Source: the human T2T-CHM13v2.0 reference genome, Homo sapiens | Direction: 5' to 3' (one strand) | Assembly: GCF_009914755.1 (NCBI RefSeq) | Contig: NC_060931.1 | DNA: 64,000 bases | Shown: positions 1-12,504 of the stretch, in pieces | Numbering within the stretch: position 1 is the stretch's first letter | How the letters are laid out: every line of letters begins with the position of its first letter | Notes under the pieces: model-generated | The model's input: only the letters and a program-made list of their open reading frames with translations | What the model was told of the DNA's origin: nothing | Database searches by the model: none | Position numbers and translations under genes: made by a program

Positions 1-329
1 TTCCATATATTTTGGATGTGTTTGGGGTATATAACTGTTTGGTTATATTTTTTAATATTTCCTTTTTGTATTTGTTTCTTCTCTGGAATTTCTCAGTAAA
101 CATTCTCCAGGATTTTTTTTTTAATCCTCTCCAAAATAAAGGCATGAAAGCCGCCCCTGACTTTTCAAAGCACCACTGGTGCCCTGGGTACCAACACTAT
201 GTTCTGCTCCACTTAACGCTGCATCCACTTCTTAAACCTGGGTCATCGGGCTTCCCCCACCCCACTTCAGGAAAAATCTCTCCCCAGAGTCAGCAATACC
301 ATCCCCATGGAGACAGAACCCCTTAGTAT

Positions 330-790
330 TTCTCAGTCCTGCTCTTCAGCCACAGACACTGGTAACCACTTCCTTCTCTTTACCACTCTTTCTTAATCTA
401 ACTTTTGTGTATGATTCATTCCCAGTTTTCCTACACCCTCTCCTTCCCAGGCTTCTCATCTTCCCATTTCTTAACCGTTGGTGTCAGCTGGGATTCTGTG
501 TTCAGCCCCTCTTCCTCTCCATGTGATTTCCCTAGAAGTCATCCACTTTCATGCCCCAGCTAGTCCCATACGGTAAGGAGTCCCAACATTCTCTCCCTGT
601 CAGAGACCATTCTCCTGACCCTCTGGAAGGGAATGGCTCATATTCAAAATGTCTAAAACCGTACCCATTATCTGACCCTCAACACCTGTCCCTCCACCTC
701 TACTTCCTATTAGAAAAAAAAATTACTCAAGCCAGAACCTGGCAAACAGCTCAATATTGGTTCAGGAAATCTCTCTCTTAACCAATAAAA
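330..790 (+). mobile_element. LINE-2 (L2) fragment, RT region
   Basis: Degenerate GVPQGSVLGPLLF-type segment (ggtgtcagctgggattctgtgttcagcccc, ~480) and L2-like caaaatgtctaaaacc at ~645; boundaries approximate. Confidence 0.55.
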
Positions 791-1319
791 TCTCAATGCC
801 AAGCCGGTTCCCCAAGGCACTGGGCACTTGACATCACTGCTGGCCAAATCTATGTGTTCATGAATTAGAACGTAGCTGAGAAGAACAAGATAACTATATC
901 CACCTGGCAGAAGTAGATATTTCTCTAAAAAGTAGTTTAAGACATATAGCGAAATTGGAGAATCGTAACACTCTTTCCAACTTTGAGAGAGCTTGTTCCC
1001 CTCTGCACCCTGGGGAAATCAGTCTTCTTAATGTTTTCTCTTTTCACAGCTATTTATGACAGTTTAGAACAAAGCTCAAGTCCTGTATCTCCTGGTTTAA
1101 GTTTCCTTTGTGCAAAAGAACCTTCTTTTTCCAATATCTTGGGCTATACATGCTTATTTGGAAGGAAAGAGATTTGGAAATGGAAATGAATCCACTTTAC
1201 TACCTCCTCCTCAATCAAAACGGAGAAGTCTCAGCAATGATATCTGAAACACCCACACTTATGGAACCAGTGGGGTTCTATGAGCCCCTGGGTGAGCTAT
1301 GGGCTCATTCTGGGACTCA

Positions 1320-1778
<459 letters not shown>

Positions 1779-2004
1779 TCAGTCTGACGTATCAGACTAA
1801 GGAAGAGTGTGATATGTCCTTCCCCAACAGTGCTGGTGCTTTTTTGGGCAAGATCACACTGGGTGTTATCAGGAGATAGATACTCAAACCTAAAGCACCA
1901 TTTGTTTGTAATCATACCATTTTTTTACTTTTCCCATATAGGCGCTTTGGGCTTACTCACAAAGGAACAACTATATTCACAGATGTTAAAAGTATGTATA
2001 TTCT

Positions 2005-2784
<780 letters not shown>

Positions 2785-3191
2785 TAATTACAGGCCTAGG
2801 CTGGGTGAAGAGTTTACACCAAGATGAACTCATTCTCCCTTTCTTTCTCTGTTTCTCTCTCCTCCTTTTCGTCCCTCCCTCCCTCACACACATTTTGAGC
2901 ATCCTCAGAAAAAAAAACAGAGTCTTGATATTCTCATGCCTCATTCTCCAGAAGTAAAAAATGTGGTATCCTGAAAAACTAGAAACAAAAAGGCATACTA
3001 GTTGTGGCGCCTTTGCTACCATAGCGTGAGTGAGAAAATAGAGCTAAACAGAAAAATATATGTACCCTGAGACACACAGATAGACTGAGGCAATTGAGGC
3101 AATCGACAGGGAATCCTCCTAATCCTCTTCTGTGCCTCCAGTCACAGAGGAGTCACTCCCTCTTTCTTTGAATCAGCAGAGCCCACCTCAC

Positions 3192-3278
3192 CTACTAATC
3201 TTTCCTGCGGGCCCTCTCCTTTCTTTCCCTTGCACTCACTGTTGGTGACTATGGTGATTTCTCTAACAACCAAGAGCC
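3192..3278 (-). other. Candidate small exon (or part of an alternative first exon)
   Basis: Minus strand: acceptor tttcttcccgcag before 3278; donors A|GTGAGT (exon end 3240) and AG|GTGAGG (exon end 3192); 39 or 87 nt. Confidence 0.3.
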
Positions 3279-3383
3279 CTGCGGGAAGAAACGGCATTTT
3301 CCAAAACTCTGGGCTTATACCCAGCCAAGCCATTCCACCTCCCTCTCTCCTCCCCAAATGCTGAGCGCCTTTGCCAGTAGCCT

Positions 3384-3397
3384 GTTGTCATGGTTAC
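3384..3397. promoter_or_regulatory. RFX X-box motif (GTTGTCATGGTTAC)
   Basis: Reverse complement GTAACC-AT-GACAAC fits X-box consensus GTHNYY-AT-RRNAAC; unique sequence; minus-strand TATAAG at 3314-3319. Confidence 0.5.
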
Positions 3398-4319
3398 TCT
3401 AATCTTTATCTGCTTTGCTTGCTAAACAAGCTGGCTCTGCTCCAGCCCACCTCCTGGTTCTTCCTACCTCTGTGGCCTTCACTACTTCCCTCCCGCCCCA
3501 TCTTCGTCCCCTTCTTTCCCTGAGGGATAAAAGGAAAGAACAGCAATCACTGTTCCTTCCCCCTACCCCACTCTAGTCTACTGGATTTTATCGGGAGGGT
3601 TTCTTTTCTGTTCCCGAATGGAAAAGCACCACTCATGACAGCAACAAGCAGTGATTGAAAATGAAGGTTCTACACAGGCTCCAGAAATGGAGGAGAAAGG
3701 GAGAGAGGAGAGCCAGAAGGGGGAAGTCCAATAGGAACCATTTCGGTTGGCAAAAAGAAGCTGATGGCTAAAGTTATTAGATGGGTCTGCTGAGGTCCAC
3801 TAATACCACTTCACCCAACAAGCCACCCCTCAGAATAAGACCTTACATCCTGCTTCAAAGAGGTAATCCTTCCCCTCCTCTTGCATCCTTATGTCATATC
3901 CCTCCTTCCTTCCAGTCCAGAGGGACGACATTTCCATCTCTAGTCCAGGCAATTCCCTTTAGGCTGTTCTGCACTCTGTTCTCCCATGCCTCCTTAGAGA
4001 TCTTAATTCAACCAAAATTTCCTCTCTTGAATCTTAAACCAATTTCTCTCTACCTACTCTTTCCTCTCAGCATCGAAACACAATTTCCCATCTTAAAACG
4101 ACATCCCTAGTTGGCCCGTATTACCCTTTGATAACCAGCAACTCACCTTTTTGGAAAGTCATCTCCCCTTTCTGTCTGTTTCTTTGTTTTGCCTTCAAGC
4201 CACTGCACGGTGGTTTGCTTCAGGACCATGCCAGAGCCAAGGTTATGAAGAACTTCCCTGTTGTTAAATTCTGCAAGCCCTTTGTAGCCTTTTTGCCACT
4301 GTGTTTCCTAACAAGTGAT

Positions 4320-4572
4320 TGTGGTGGTCAACACACAGGACTTCGGCATCCTTTCATTTATGTTCAAATCTTGGCCCTGGCATTTATCAACTTTGTGCCT
4401 TTGGTCAAGTTATTTACCCTTTCTGCTGCCTCAGTTTCCCCATGTTTCCTTGACGTAAATAGCAGGGGCTACCTCACCTGGTTATTGTGGTGATTAAATA
4501 AGACAACATTTGTAAAACAACCACAGCAGTGCTCACTCAAAGAAAGTACACAGAAATCATTAATGACTATTT
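4320..4572 (+). mobile_element. MIR
   Basis: MIR core: ttcaaatcttggccctggcatttatc...gtcaagttatttaccc...cctcagtttcccc. Confidence 0.8.
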
Positions 4573-5284
4573 TCTTACCTGAATCCCTCAGCAGCACTCA
4601 GCGATCTCTTCCTCTTGATACTCTTCACCATGTTCTCCTCTTTCTTCTTCTTTCCCTGTATTTTCCCCCTTGGGCTCCCATTTGAAAGCCTCATTAGCTT
4701 TCTTTCATAGAATGGTCCACAGATTCCTGTTCTGGACCATCTGTTCCTCTCAACTAAACATTCTCACTAAGCAATCTGAGTTATACCCAAGGCTTTAACT
4801 ACCACAGTAGATGGTGGGCCCACAAATCTCTATGTTCCTCCAGACTTCTCTCCTAGACTCCAGACCCATACATCTGCCTACTGTATATCTCCACCTCAAT
4901 GTCTCACAGGCAGCCTAAACTCAACTTGACCGAAGCAAGATTCTATCCCAATAAATGGCACCACCTAAAAGCCCAAGCCTGAAAACTGGTGCCGTCAATC
5001 ACCTCGTCCTCATCCCTCATTTTCTAAGTCCAGGTAGTAATTAAACCCACTTGGTTCCACTTCAGTCTCTCTCAAGCCAACAGCTGTCTACTATTACTGA
5101 TTTTCTTAATTATTTCTCATTATTTCTGGCCTAGAGTGTCAAATGTATTTACCCCTCTCAAATCATTCCGTATACGGTAGCCAGAACAGCCCACTTTAAT
5201 GCCAATGTGACCAGTTCATTCCCGATATTAAATCTCCAATAGTTCCCCATGTCTATAACAGTATATCCCAAACTTAACTAGCGA

Positions 5285-5415
5285 TCTTCTTAATAGATTC
5301 CTGGGAAACACTCTGACACACCTGAAATCAGATTTGCCAAGAAAGTGGCCTGAGAACATTTGTAACAAGGACCAAGTGATTCTAATGATCAGGTAAGTTT
5401 GGAAAATGCTGGCCT
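5285..5415. mobile_element. MER5-type hAT-Charlie fragment
   Basis: gattcctggg...tgaaatcaga...aagtgattctaatg...gtttggaaaatgctgg. Confidence 0.55.
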
Positions 5416-5959
5416 CTAAGATAAAAGAGCATGCCCTTTATGTTACAACTGCTCCTTTTTAGAGTATCCCTAGAGTCTTTCTCACATTCTATACTCCAGC
5501 AGCAGGGAACGCTAAAGTGAGAAAAATATGTAACACCTCTCTCTCTTCCAGTTCTCTGCCATTGATGAGCATTGCAAATTGGTTTTCCATGTTGTCTCAC
5601 ACCCAGGTCCTGGTTATGACATCATTATAGTTGCTGCCTGAATGTGGAACACCCTCACCCCAGCATGGATCACAGCTAACTCCTTTTTTTCAAAACCATT
5701 CAAGTATCACCTTCTCCAGATATCTGATCTCCTTGCTCGGTTCAATAGCTCTCCCCAAGCCCTTACCCACCTCAAGCTTTCATGAGATCTGGTTCATTGT
5801 GTGCTCCTATAGCATCCGGGGCTGACCTCCACCAAAGTATTACAGGATACGTCTGCCTCCTGCTCTCCTTGCTATGGCGTGCACATCTCCTGATCTCAGC
5901 ACCTAGCCTGTTCCAGACAAATAGGGAATTTAATATTGTGGACTGAGTGACAAAGAATG

Positions 5960-6800
5960 ATTCCAGTAGGCTTTAGCTCCATTGTCCAGCTATTCATATC
6001 TGTTCAAAACCTTATGGCCTCATCCAAAGTATTCATTTTCCCTCCCAATTTCATATCACTTAGCATTTTGATTTCCATGTTCTCTTTATTCTCATCTAAA
6101 TTGCTGATGAAAAGTTTCAAATCAGGGGCCAAGGTACAGAGTCCACATGAGAATTCTCTCTGGTTAGGTACTCATTCACTCAAGTGGTATGGTAAGGACT
6201 GCAAAGGACTGGACACTTTTATATTTTTATAGGCAACAGAATGACTACCGTCAAATGTCTGCCTGCCTGTGAAATACTGGAGAGGCCATTCAAACAAGAA
6301 TGATGCTATCTGACTATCTGACTGTCCTATTATACAGTTTATATGCACCAGCCTTGTCCAGGAAGCTACGGGTGTGAACTGACACACACCTCAAATGTCT
6401 CGCAGGATCCTAGATATGCCACATCTGCTGTATTTGCTCTATTTAAGGCTTTGCAACTTTAATTTTCCTAAAAAGAAATCATGCTGCTTTGGCTTAACAT
6501 TCTCAGTGGGCCAGTGTTTGCATTTAGGGATCACTCATCTCCTGTCCAACGACTCCCAAACTGCTTGTTTCATAACCTGTTCAAGAATGTTTTATGGAAA
6601 TTATGTCAGATTCTCTCATCTACAGTGTGTGAAATCCAAAGTATCCTCATTTTTGAAAACTTAGAAAATGTTTGCCTATCTCAGCTTTCCAGCTCCTGTC
6701 CCATTTATTATCCACGATTCTCCAAAGATTCTAAACAGTAATTCTATAGCTTCTCTCTGTATCTAGAATGTAATTCATCTGGGCTAAAAAGTTTTGACTC
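5960..6800 (-). mobile_element. CR1/L3 LINE fragment (RT domain relic)
   Basis: Minus strand 6160->5980 encodes a degenerate FINDLDE..IKFADDTKLGG..NTL-type RT segment (cttttcatcagcaatttagatgag...atgaaattgggaggg). Confidence 0.7.
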
Positions 6801-7705
6801 ATGTAGCTCAGGCCAGTGTTTCCTTACACCTTCCTCATCCAGAGAGAATTTCAGGCCATGCCTGTCTGCTCCAAGTCTCCAATAAGGTCTCAACCTCCAC
6901 ATAGAGCAATTTTCAGTCTCTTGTAATAATTAGCAAAGCATGCTGTAATACTTCTAACCAGTAAGGATAGGGTAGTCTAGGCCTGAAAAACAGACCGCTA
7001 AATAAGGGACAGGTCGTCTACCTGCTTTGGCATTTGTTCAGTGTTTGCATATTGTCACAACATTTATTTTAAGCCCCTAAAAGTGTCAAGTGATGGCTCC
7101 CACATGGACTTTGATCAGACACTATCACAGATCTAGGCCCAGAGCCCACGAATATTTACTAAATATGCAGTAGGTGGATGCTCACCCTAGATGTGAACGG
7201 TGTTGCCCTAGGACAGATCATATTCCTTAAAGTGCCCCTCCCCTCCTCTGACTCTTTGTCCAGGGTGGCACCCTGGGAAGCTGTGTTTTTAAAAAGCTTC
7301 CTGAGCACACCAGAATTATTGTTCCAGGTGAACAGATTCTGAACCTTTAAGTTAATTTCATCCTTCAGAAGGAACTTTTACATTGAGAAAGGGTCAGAGT
7401 TCCTTTTTCTGCCCTCTTTTTGCCAAATATACACATCTAAAAGAATTTGCAGAGAGCCAGGATGGCTCCTGTTTAATTTGTTTCATATATTCTCTAACAT
7501 AGCATCCCTTGTAGCAGTACTCAATAAGGATCTGAAAGTTCATTTCGTTCATTTCCACCCGACTTCTCTTGTGCTGGTCCACAAGAGAAGTTCATTCAAG
7601 CCCTGCTTAGATGCCTCCAAAGGCAGACCACTCACCACCCCAAAAGGCAGATGTCCTCTACTGACAGTGCTCTTCGGCAGTATGGCCTTTCCTCCTGGTT
7701 TGTCT

Positions 7706-7808
7706 AGGGTACCTGCAACAGCCCTAGTTGGTACCTTTTGTCCTGTTTTATTGAATAAGCCTGGCTTTCACTCTGAATGTCCTGGTTTGAAAGATAATAC
7801 AGTGCCCA
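7706..7808. mobile_element. MER94-like hAT-Blackjack MITE
   Basis: tagggtacc terminus and ctttcactctgaatgtcctggtttgaaagataa resemble MER94. Confidence 0.45.
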
Positions 7809-8109
7809 TATTATTTTCCTGCAGCTCAGGATAAACTGTGAATGCCTTACCCTGAGCTATGAATATGTTCTCAATCCCATCCCCACCTCCTACCTCTCCA
7901 ATCTCTTCCTCCAGTACTTCCTTCTTTCTGCCCCCTACCTATACCACAGAGAAATGGTCTCCTTCCACATTTTACCCAAGAGGCTACAGGGGCTTCCAGG
8001 GTAACTTGCCTAAAGTTTCACAGCTAATAAGGAGAAGACAGTTTTCTTTTCCATCTGAATATACTCAGTTCCTTCCATGGTTTCTCCTGAGACATGCTTC
8101 CAGACCCTC

Positions 8110-8590
8110 AGGCACCTGCTAATTGCCCTTCTCTGGGCAAACATGAGGCGCCAGGTGCAGTCCAACCATTGAAGAGGGGTGTTACTTCCTGAGTTCAATA
8201 CATTAACGTTCCATTAATGCAGCTTTTTAGTTGCCTCAGTCAGATTTAGTGGCTTATACTGAGCTTTTAGTCAAATAAAACTTCAGTGTCTTTCTCTACC
8301 AGAACTACTGCCAGTAGATTTTTTTCTCCCACCATTATGTATCGTTGATTTTTTTATTCCAAAATAAGATTTTACATTTATCCCTTTGAAATGTCATTGT
8401 GTTATTTTTAACCCAGCATTCCAGCATATCTATATCATTTTGAGACATATTTTTGTTTTTGTCATCGATTACATTGGCCATCCTTTCCAGTTTTGTGTCT
8501 GCCACAAATTTGATGAGCACACTTCTTGTGCCCTCTTCCAACTTGCTGGCAAAGTCACTGCCCAGAGCAAGTCCAAGATCTGAGAATTTT
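8110..8590 (-). mobile_element. CR1/L3 LINE fragment (RT domain relic)
   Basis: ORF 8335..8679: LEEGTRSVLIKFVADTKLERMANVIDD..QNDIDMLECWVKNNTMTFQRDKCKIL matches CR1 RT IKFADDTKL..QNDLDRLE.W..N.M.FN.DKCK. Confidence 0.85.
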
Positions 8591-9289
8591 AAAATGACCT
8601 CACTAATGATATTCCTTGTCTTGTCTGTGATGTCACAGTCTTCCAAAGAGCCTTCCTGCAGAAACCGTTCACTTGTCAAGGTTTAGAACCACTGCCACCA
8701 TCAGCCCTTTGTAATGATAAGTCAACATGAGAGTCTTCATAGAGATGATGCAGCTGAATCCCACGTCGTTTACTAAACAATTCAGCTAAGTAGCCCTCAG
8801 GTCTGGATGGACTCTAAGGACAGGCAGCATACGATACGGAGGCCTCCCGGAATCCTGCAGCCCCAAGTCACCCAACCTTCCCACTGGCTAAAGAGAGAAA
8901 GGAGACACACTCTATTGTCAATTTCACCCCCAAAGCTTTATCTATGTTCCTAGGAGAAGTCACATCTATACCTTACACTGGTATCAGGCATTTAAATCAG
9001 TATGGCAAGTCAGGTTTTCAGAAAATATCACTGAAAGGAAAAGGCCAAGAGAAGCTACCTGAACAGGAGATTTCCTAAATGTCAGATCTAGTTCCTGCCT
9101 GAAACCAGCTCTCAGCCCCTTTCATTTACAGATGAAGATAAGAGGAGAAAAGAGCTAGAACAAGATTGTTCAGGACTTACGATCCTAAGAGGAAAGGAAG
9201 AAAGGTATACACCAGGAAAGCTCAAACAGAATGAAAAGTGAACCCTCCCGTTATTCTGAGACAAATATCATGGGATCCTCCAGCCTAAC

Positions 9290-10510
9290 AGGAAAATGAA
9301 GCAAACTCTAAGAAACAAATATTTCCAATGGTGATCTAATCGGACTTCCATCAAATATGGTTGTGTCAACGTGATGTTCATCTCTACTCCCTTCCCAACC
9401 TCCAACATAATGAAAGTAATTAAGTTTTTTTAAAAAGTAAAGTTCCACAAGGACACAGAGAAATGGAGAGGTAGAAATAAATGTTAACAGTCTTCTGGAA
9501 GATGGAAAGTGAATTGACAAGTTATTACTAACCTATTAGCACAAAGAAAGTTACAAATCTCAAAGAGCAAAACCAAGAAAAAGCAAGCCAATTTGCACGG
9601 AGCCCCTCAGAAAAGCTGAGGAATTGGAGGAGGAATTGGAAGTGTCATGGACTTCCTCCAGGGCAAAGAGAATCTTCCTTATTCCCTCCTTCCCACTCAG
9701 CACACCCAGGGCAGGACAGGAGGAATTTCTTTTTCTAGAGAAACTGAAAGAGGGATCCTCAGGAACTAGGGACTCAAATAGGGAGGGCTTGCAGGGTGGT
9801 GAGGGTGGTGCATGGGTAAACGTGAGTCTGAAAAGAGAGAATTGAGTGAAAGTCAACACCCACAATGAGATCTTTCTGTTTCCCACTCCAAACTTGGCTC
9901 CCACAACACCTGCAGCAGGTGCACAGCCCCAGGAACAAGTCTGGGTGGTTCTATTATGGAGATTCTGGCCAGCCCAAGGGAAAAGCTTCCAGATGCTGAC
10001 ATCTGAGGATCCTCCAAGTGAACAGATCTGTGATCCTAGGCCACTCTGCAGTGGGGGGCCACTACCAGACGAGCCGGGGCCACCCACAGAAGGTGTCCTG
10101 TCAGCTCTTCAGAGCCTTATTCATGTCTGTGACCTGATGGGGGGGCCACTACCAGATGAGCCTGGGCCACCCACGGAAGTTATCCTGTCAGCTCTTCAGA
10201 GCCTTGTTCATGTATGTGACCTGATGGCTGCAGATCTCCTGCCATTGCAGGAAAGCCACCAGTATGAAAGACAGGGCCAAAGTACTCAATTAGGAAGAAA
10301 GAACTGAAAAATAAAAGAACAGAACAAAAATAAGAAACAGCTACTGGGCTTTTAAAGTGTCACAGGGGAAAAAAAACTCTTTGGTAAGAGTTACAAGATA
10401 AAGTTAAAGCAATCTCCCAGAATGTAGGTCAAAGGTAATGAAGAGATAAAGGTAAGAAAATTAGAGGATAAATTCAGGACATACAACTTCCATCTAATAA
10501 GAGTTCCAAA
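9290..10510 (+). mobile_element. Ancient L1M/HAL1-type 5' and ORF1 remnant
   Basis: 10391-10510 resembles HAL1/L1M ORF1 (gataaagttaaagcaatctcccag...aaattagaggataaattcagg...ctaataagagttcca, cf. LED.SRRSNI.LIGVPE); upstream extent uncertain. Confidence 0.55.
10053..10226 (+). repeat. Tandem duplication, 2 x 87 bp
   Basis: Copies 10053-10139 and 10140-10226, 7 substitutions, no indels. Confidence 0.95.
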
Positions 10511-10676
10511 AGAGAAGAGAAGGGAAGAGAAGAGAAGAGAAGAGAAGAGAAGAGAAGAGAAGAGAAGAGAAGAGAAGAGAAGAGAAGAGAAGAGAAGAGT
10601 AGAGTAGGAGGAAGAGGAAGAGAAGAGAAGAGAAGAGAAGGAGAAGGAGAAGAGAAGAGAAGAGAAGGAGAAGAGA
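10511..10676 (+). repeat. (GAGAA)n polypurine microsatellite
   Basis: Directly visible pentamer run with GA-rich variants. Confidence 0.95.
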
Positions 10677-10734
10677 TAATAATATACATGTGGCTCCACT
10701 ATAAATAGTATTTGTAAAATCTTAATCATTTAAA

Positions 10735-10978
10735 AAGTGTAGTGGTTAAAAGTAGACTCTGGAGCCTCGTTTACTTTGGTTTGAAGTCTGGCTCCACCAG
10801 CTACTACCTACATGACTTTGGAAAGTTAGTTAACCCAGGTCTCAATGTCCGTATCTGCAAAATGGAAAGAATAACAGTATCTGCTTTACATGGTTGCTAT
10901 AAAGATTAGTTAATACATGTCTAAAGCTCTTCGACAGTGTCTTGCACCCAGAAAATACATAATAAAGGTGAGCTATTT
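10735..10978 (+). mobile_element. MIR, near full length
   Basis: gtgtagtggttaaaag...gactctggagc...atctgcaaaatgg...aataaaggtgagctatt. Confidence 0.85.
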
Positions 10979-11004
10979 TTAAAAATATTATATAATATTC
11001 CAGT

Positions 11005-11108
11005 ATGAGAGGCAGAAGGATCACCTGAAGCCAGGACTCCAAGACCAGACTGGGCAACACAGCAAGACCCTGTCCCTACAAAACAAACACAAACAAACAA
11101 AAAACAAA
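11005..11108 (+). mobile_element. Alu monomer fragment (FLAM/AluJ left arm)
   Basis: gaggcagaaggatcacctgaagccagg...gaccagactgggcaacacagcaagaccctgtc with (CAAA)n tail. Confidence 0.8.
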
Positions 11109-11237
11109 TAATCTGATCATGAGTCTAACCAAGAACTTTGATCTACATATATGAGGAAGCTACAGAAAGTGGGAGGATGTTAAGTGGACACAAGATGTTC
11201 ATCTAAAATGGTACCATCTCATAGAAAGATGATGGTA

Positions 11238-11298
11238 TTAGGTCGGTACCTAATACTATCATCTTGGCAAAACCAAAATTACTTTTGCACCAACCTAA
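11238..11298. mobile_element. MADE1 mariner MITE, rearranged
   Basis: Right half ggcaaaaccaaaattacttttgcaccaacctaa; left TIR start TTAGGTCGGT preceded by TA. Confidence 0.8.
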
Positions 11299-12504
11299 CA
11301 GATAATGTCTACAATTGGCAAACCAAATGATCATAGTATAAACATAGTATTTAGAAACACAGATATAAATAAATACCAGAAGGATAAGCTAGAGAAATGG
11401 AAAGTTGCTGTCAGGGGAGCAGGACTCAATAGTGGGGAGGGAGTGAGGCATAACAATGTGAATACTTCATTTTTAGAATCATTTAAAAACACACATATTT
11501 TAAATAGCTTCGTCACACTGAGCTAAAACCCAGAGGGATGACAAGAGACGACTCTCAAGAAGCAGCTTCTGCAAAAGCTAAGCACCAATTCTGAGCAAAA
11601 AATATCCTTTCCAGCTGCTTTAAAACCAAACAAAAAGTAAGCAAAGGGCACATTTCCAGGGGAAAGGGAGGCAACCCGACTGCATGCACGTACAGGCCCC
11701 GGGCAGAATCACGCTGTGCCTCATTACATAAGGTGCCCTGAATCTTTGCCCCATCCTGCCCTTCTCTGGCCCCTGTTTCCCCATATCCTTGCCTTCCTCC
11801 TCCAGAGCCAACATTCTTTGGGCTGCCTCCTTCACACTCAGGGACAAAATAAATTGCAGCCGCTTGGCTGAACGGCTATCAAATTGTGTTCCGGAGTCTT
11901 CTGCAGTTCCTATTCAATGGTCTATATGGCGGCTTCATCAGAGAAAACACTTTTACAGAGGAAGCATTTCTTTTAGAAGATGAGGTGTTAGCACTCTGTA
12001 TTCTGAGGCACGTTGTAATAGTCATTGTCAGAGGTGCCAGCAGATGAAAATACCAGTCACTATAAGAGATTTCTGAAGAAGTCAGAAAAAAAAGTCAATT
12101 TTGTCTTCTCAAAAAATAGAAAGTGGGTCAGGAAATTCTGAGAAAAGACAGCATTTATGCATAGGGATTTCGCATTCTGATTACGGAGCCCTACTACATG
12201 ATAATAATCTCTTGCTGCTTCTGCGACACCCAAGGGAGACACGGGAGAAAATGCAAAAGAAGCCGAGACGTGTTAGACCCGGTAGATGAACTCTGACTGT
12301 GGCAGATCCAGCAATGGTGGTCGAGGGTAAAGTTCTGTAAGAAGAGTTTGGTACCAAATGTCCCTGAAAATTTGGAACTAAAGTGAAAGCTATCTGAGTC
12401 AAAGAAATGGGTTTCAAGTGAACTGGAAAGAACTGGATTAATCAGCAAGGGAAGATCAAACTAGTACCATTCACTGAGTGATAACAATTAAGAATTAGTT
12501 TTAT

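Larger units (their letters stand above)
4170..5950 (+). mobile_element. Fragmented L2, interrupted by MIR and MER5
   Basis: L2 RT/3' motifs (ccagacttctctcctagactccagacccatacatctgcctact, cctaaactcaac) and L2 3' end near 5900-5950. Confidence 0.75.

Noticed and set aside
1781-1798. Small hairpin AGTCTGA-CGTA-TCAGACT sharing ATCAGACT with miR-21
   Set aside because: Only a 7-bp stem and an 8-nt match; no pre-miRNA structure
10053-10226. Direct repeats here and at 54848-55009 as a CRISPR-like array
   Set aside because: Two adjacent copies with no spacers, no cas genes, mammalian context
10391-10729. Hydrophobic (SSLLF)n membrane-like ORFs
   Set aside because: Translation of the (TTCTC)n microsatellite
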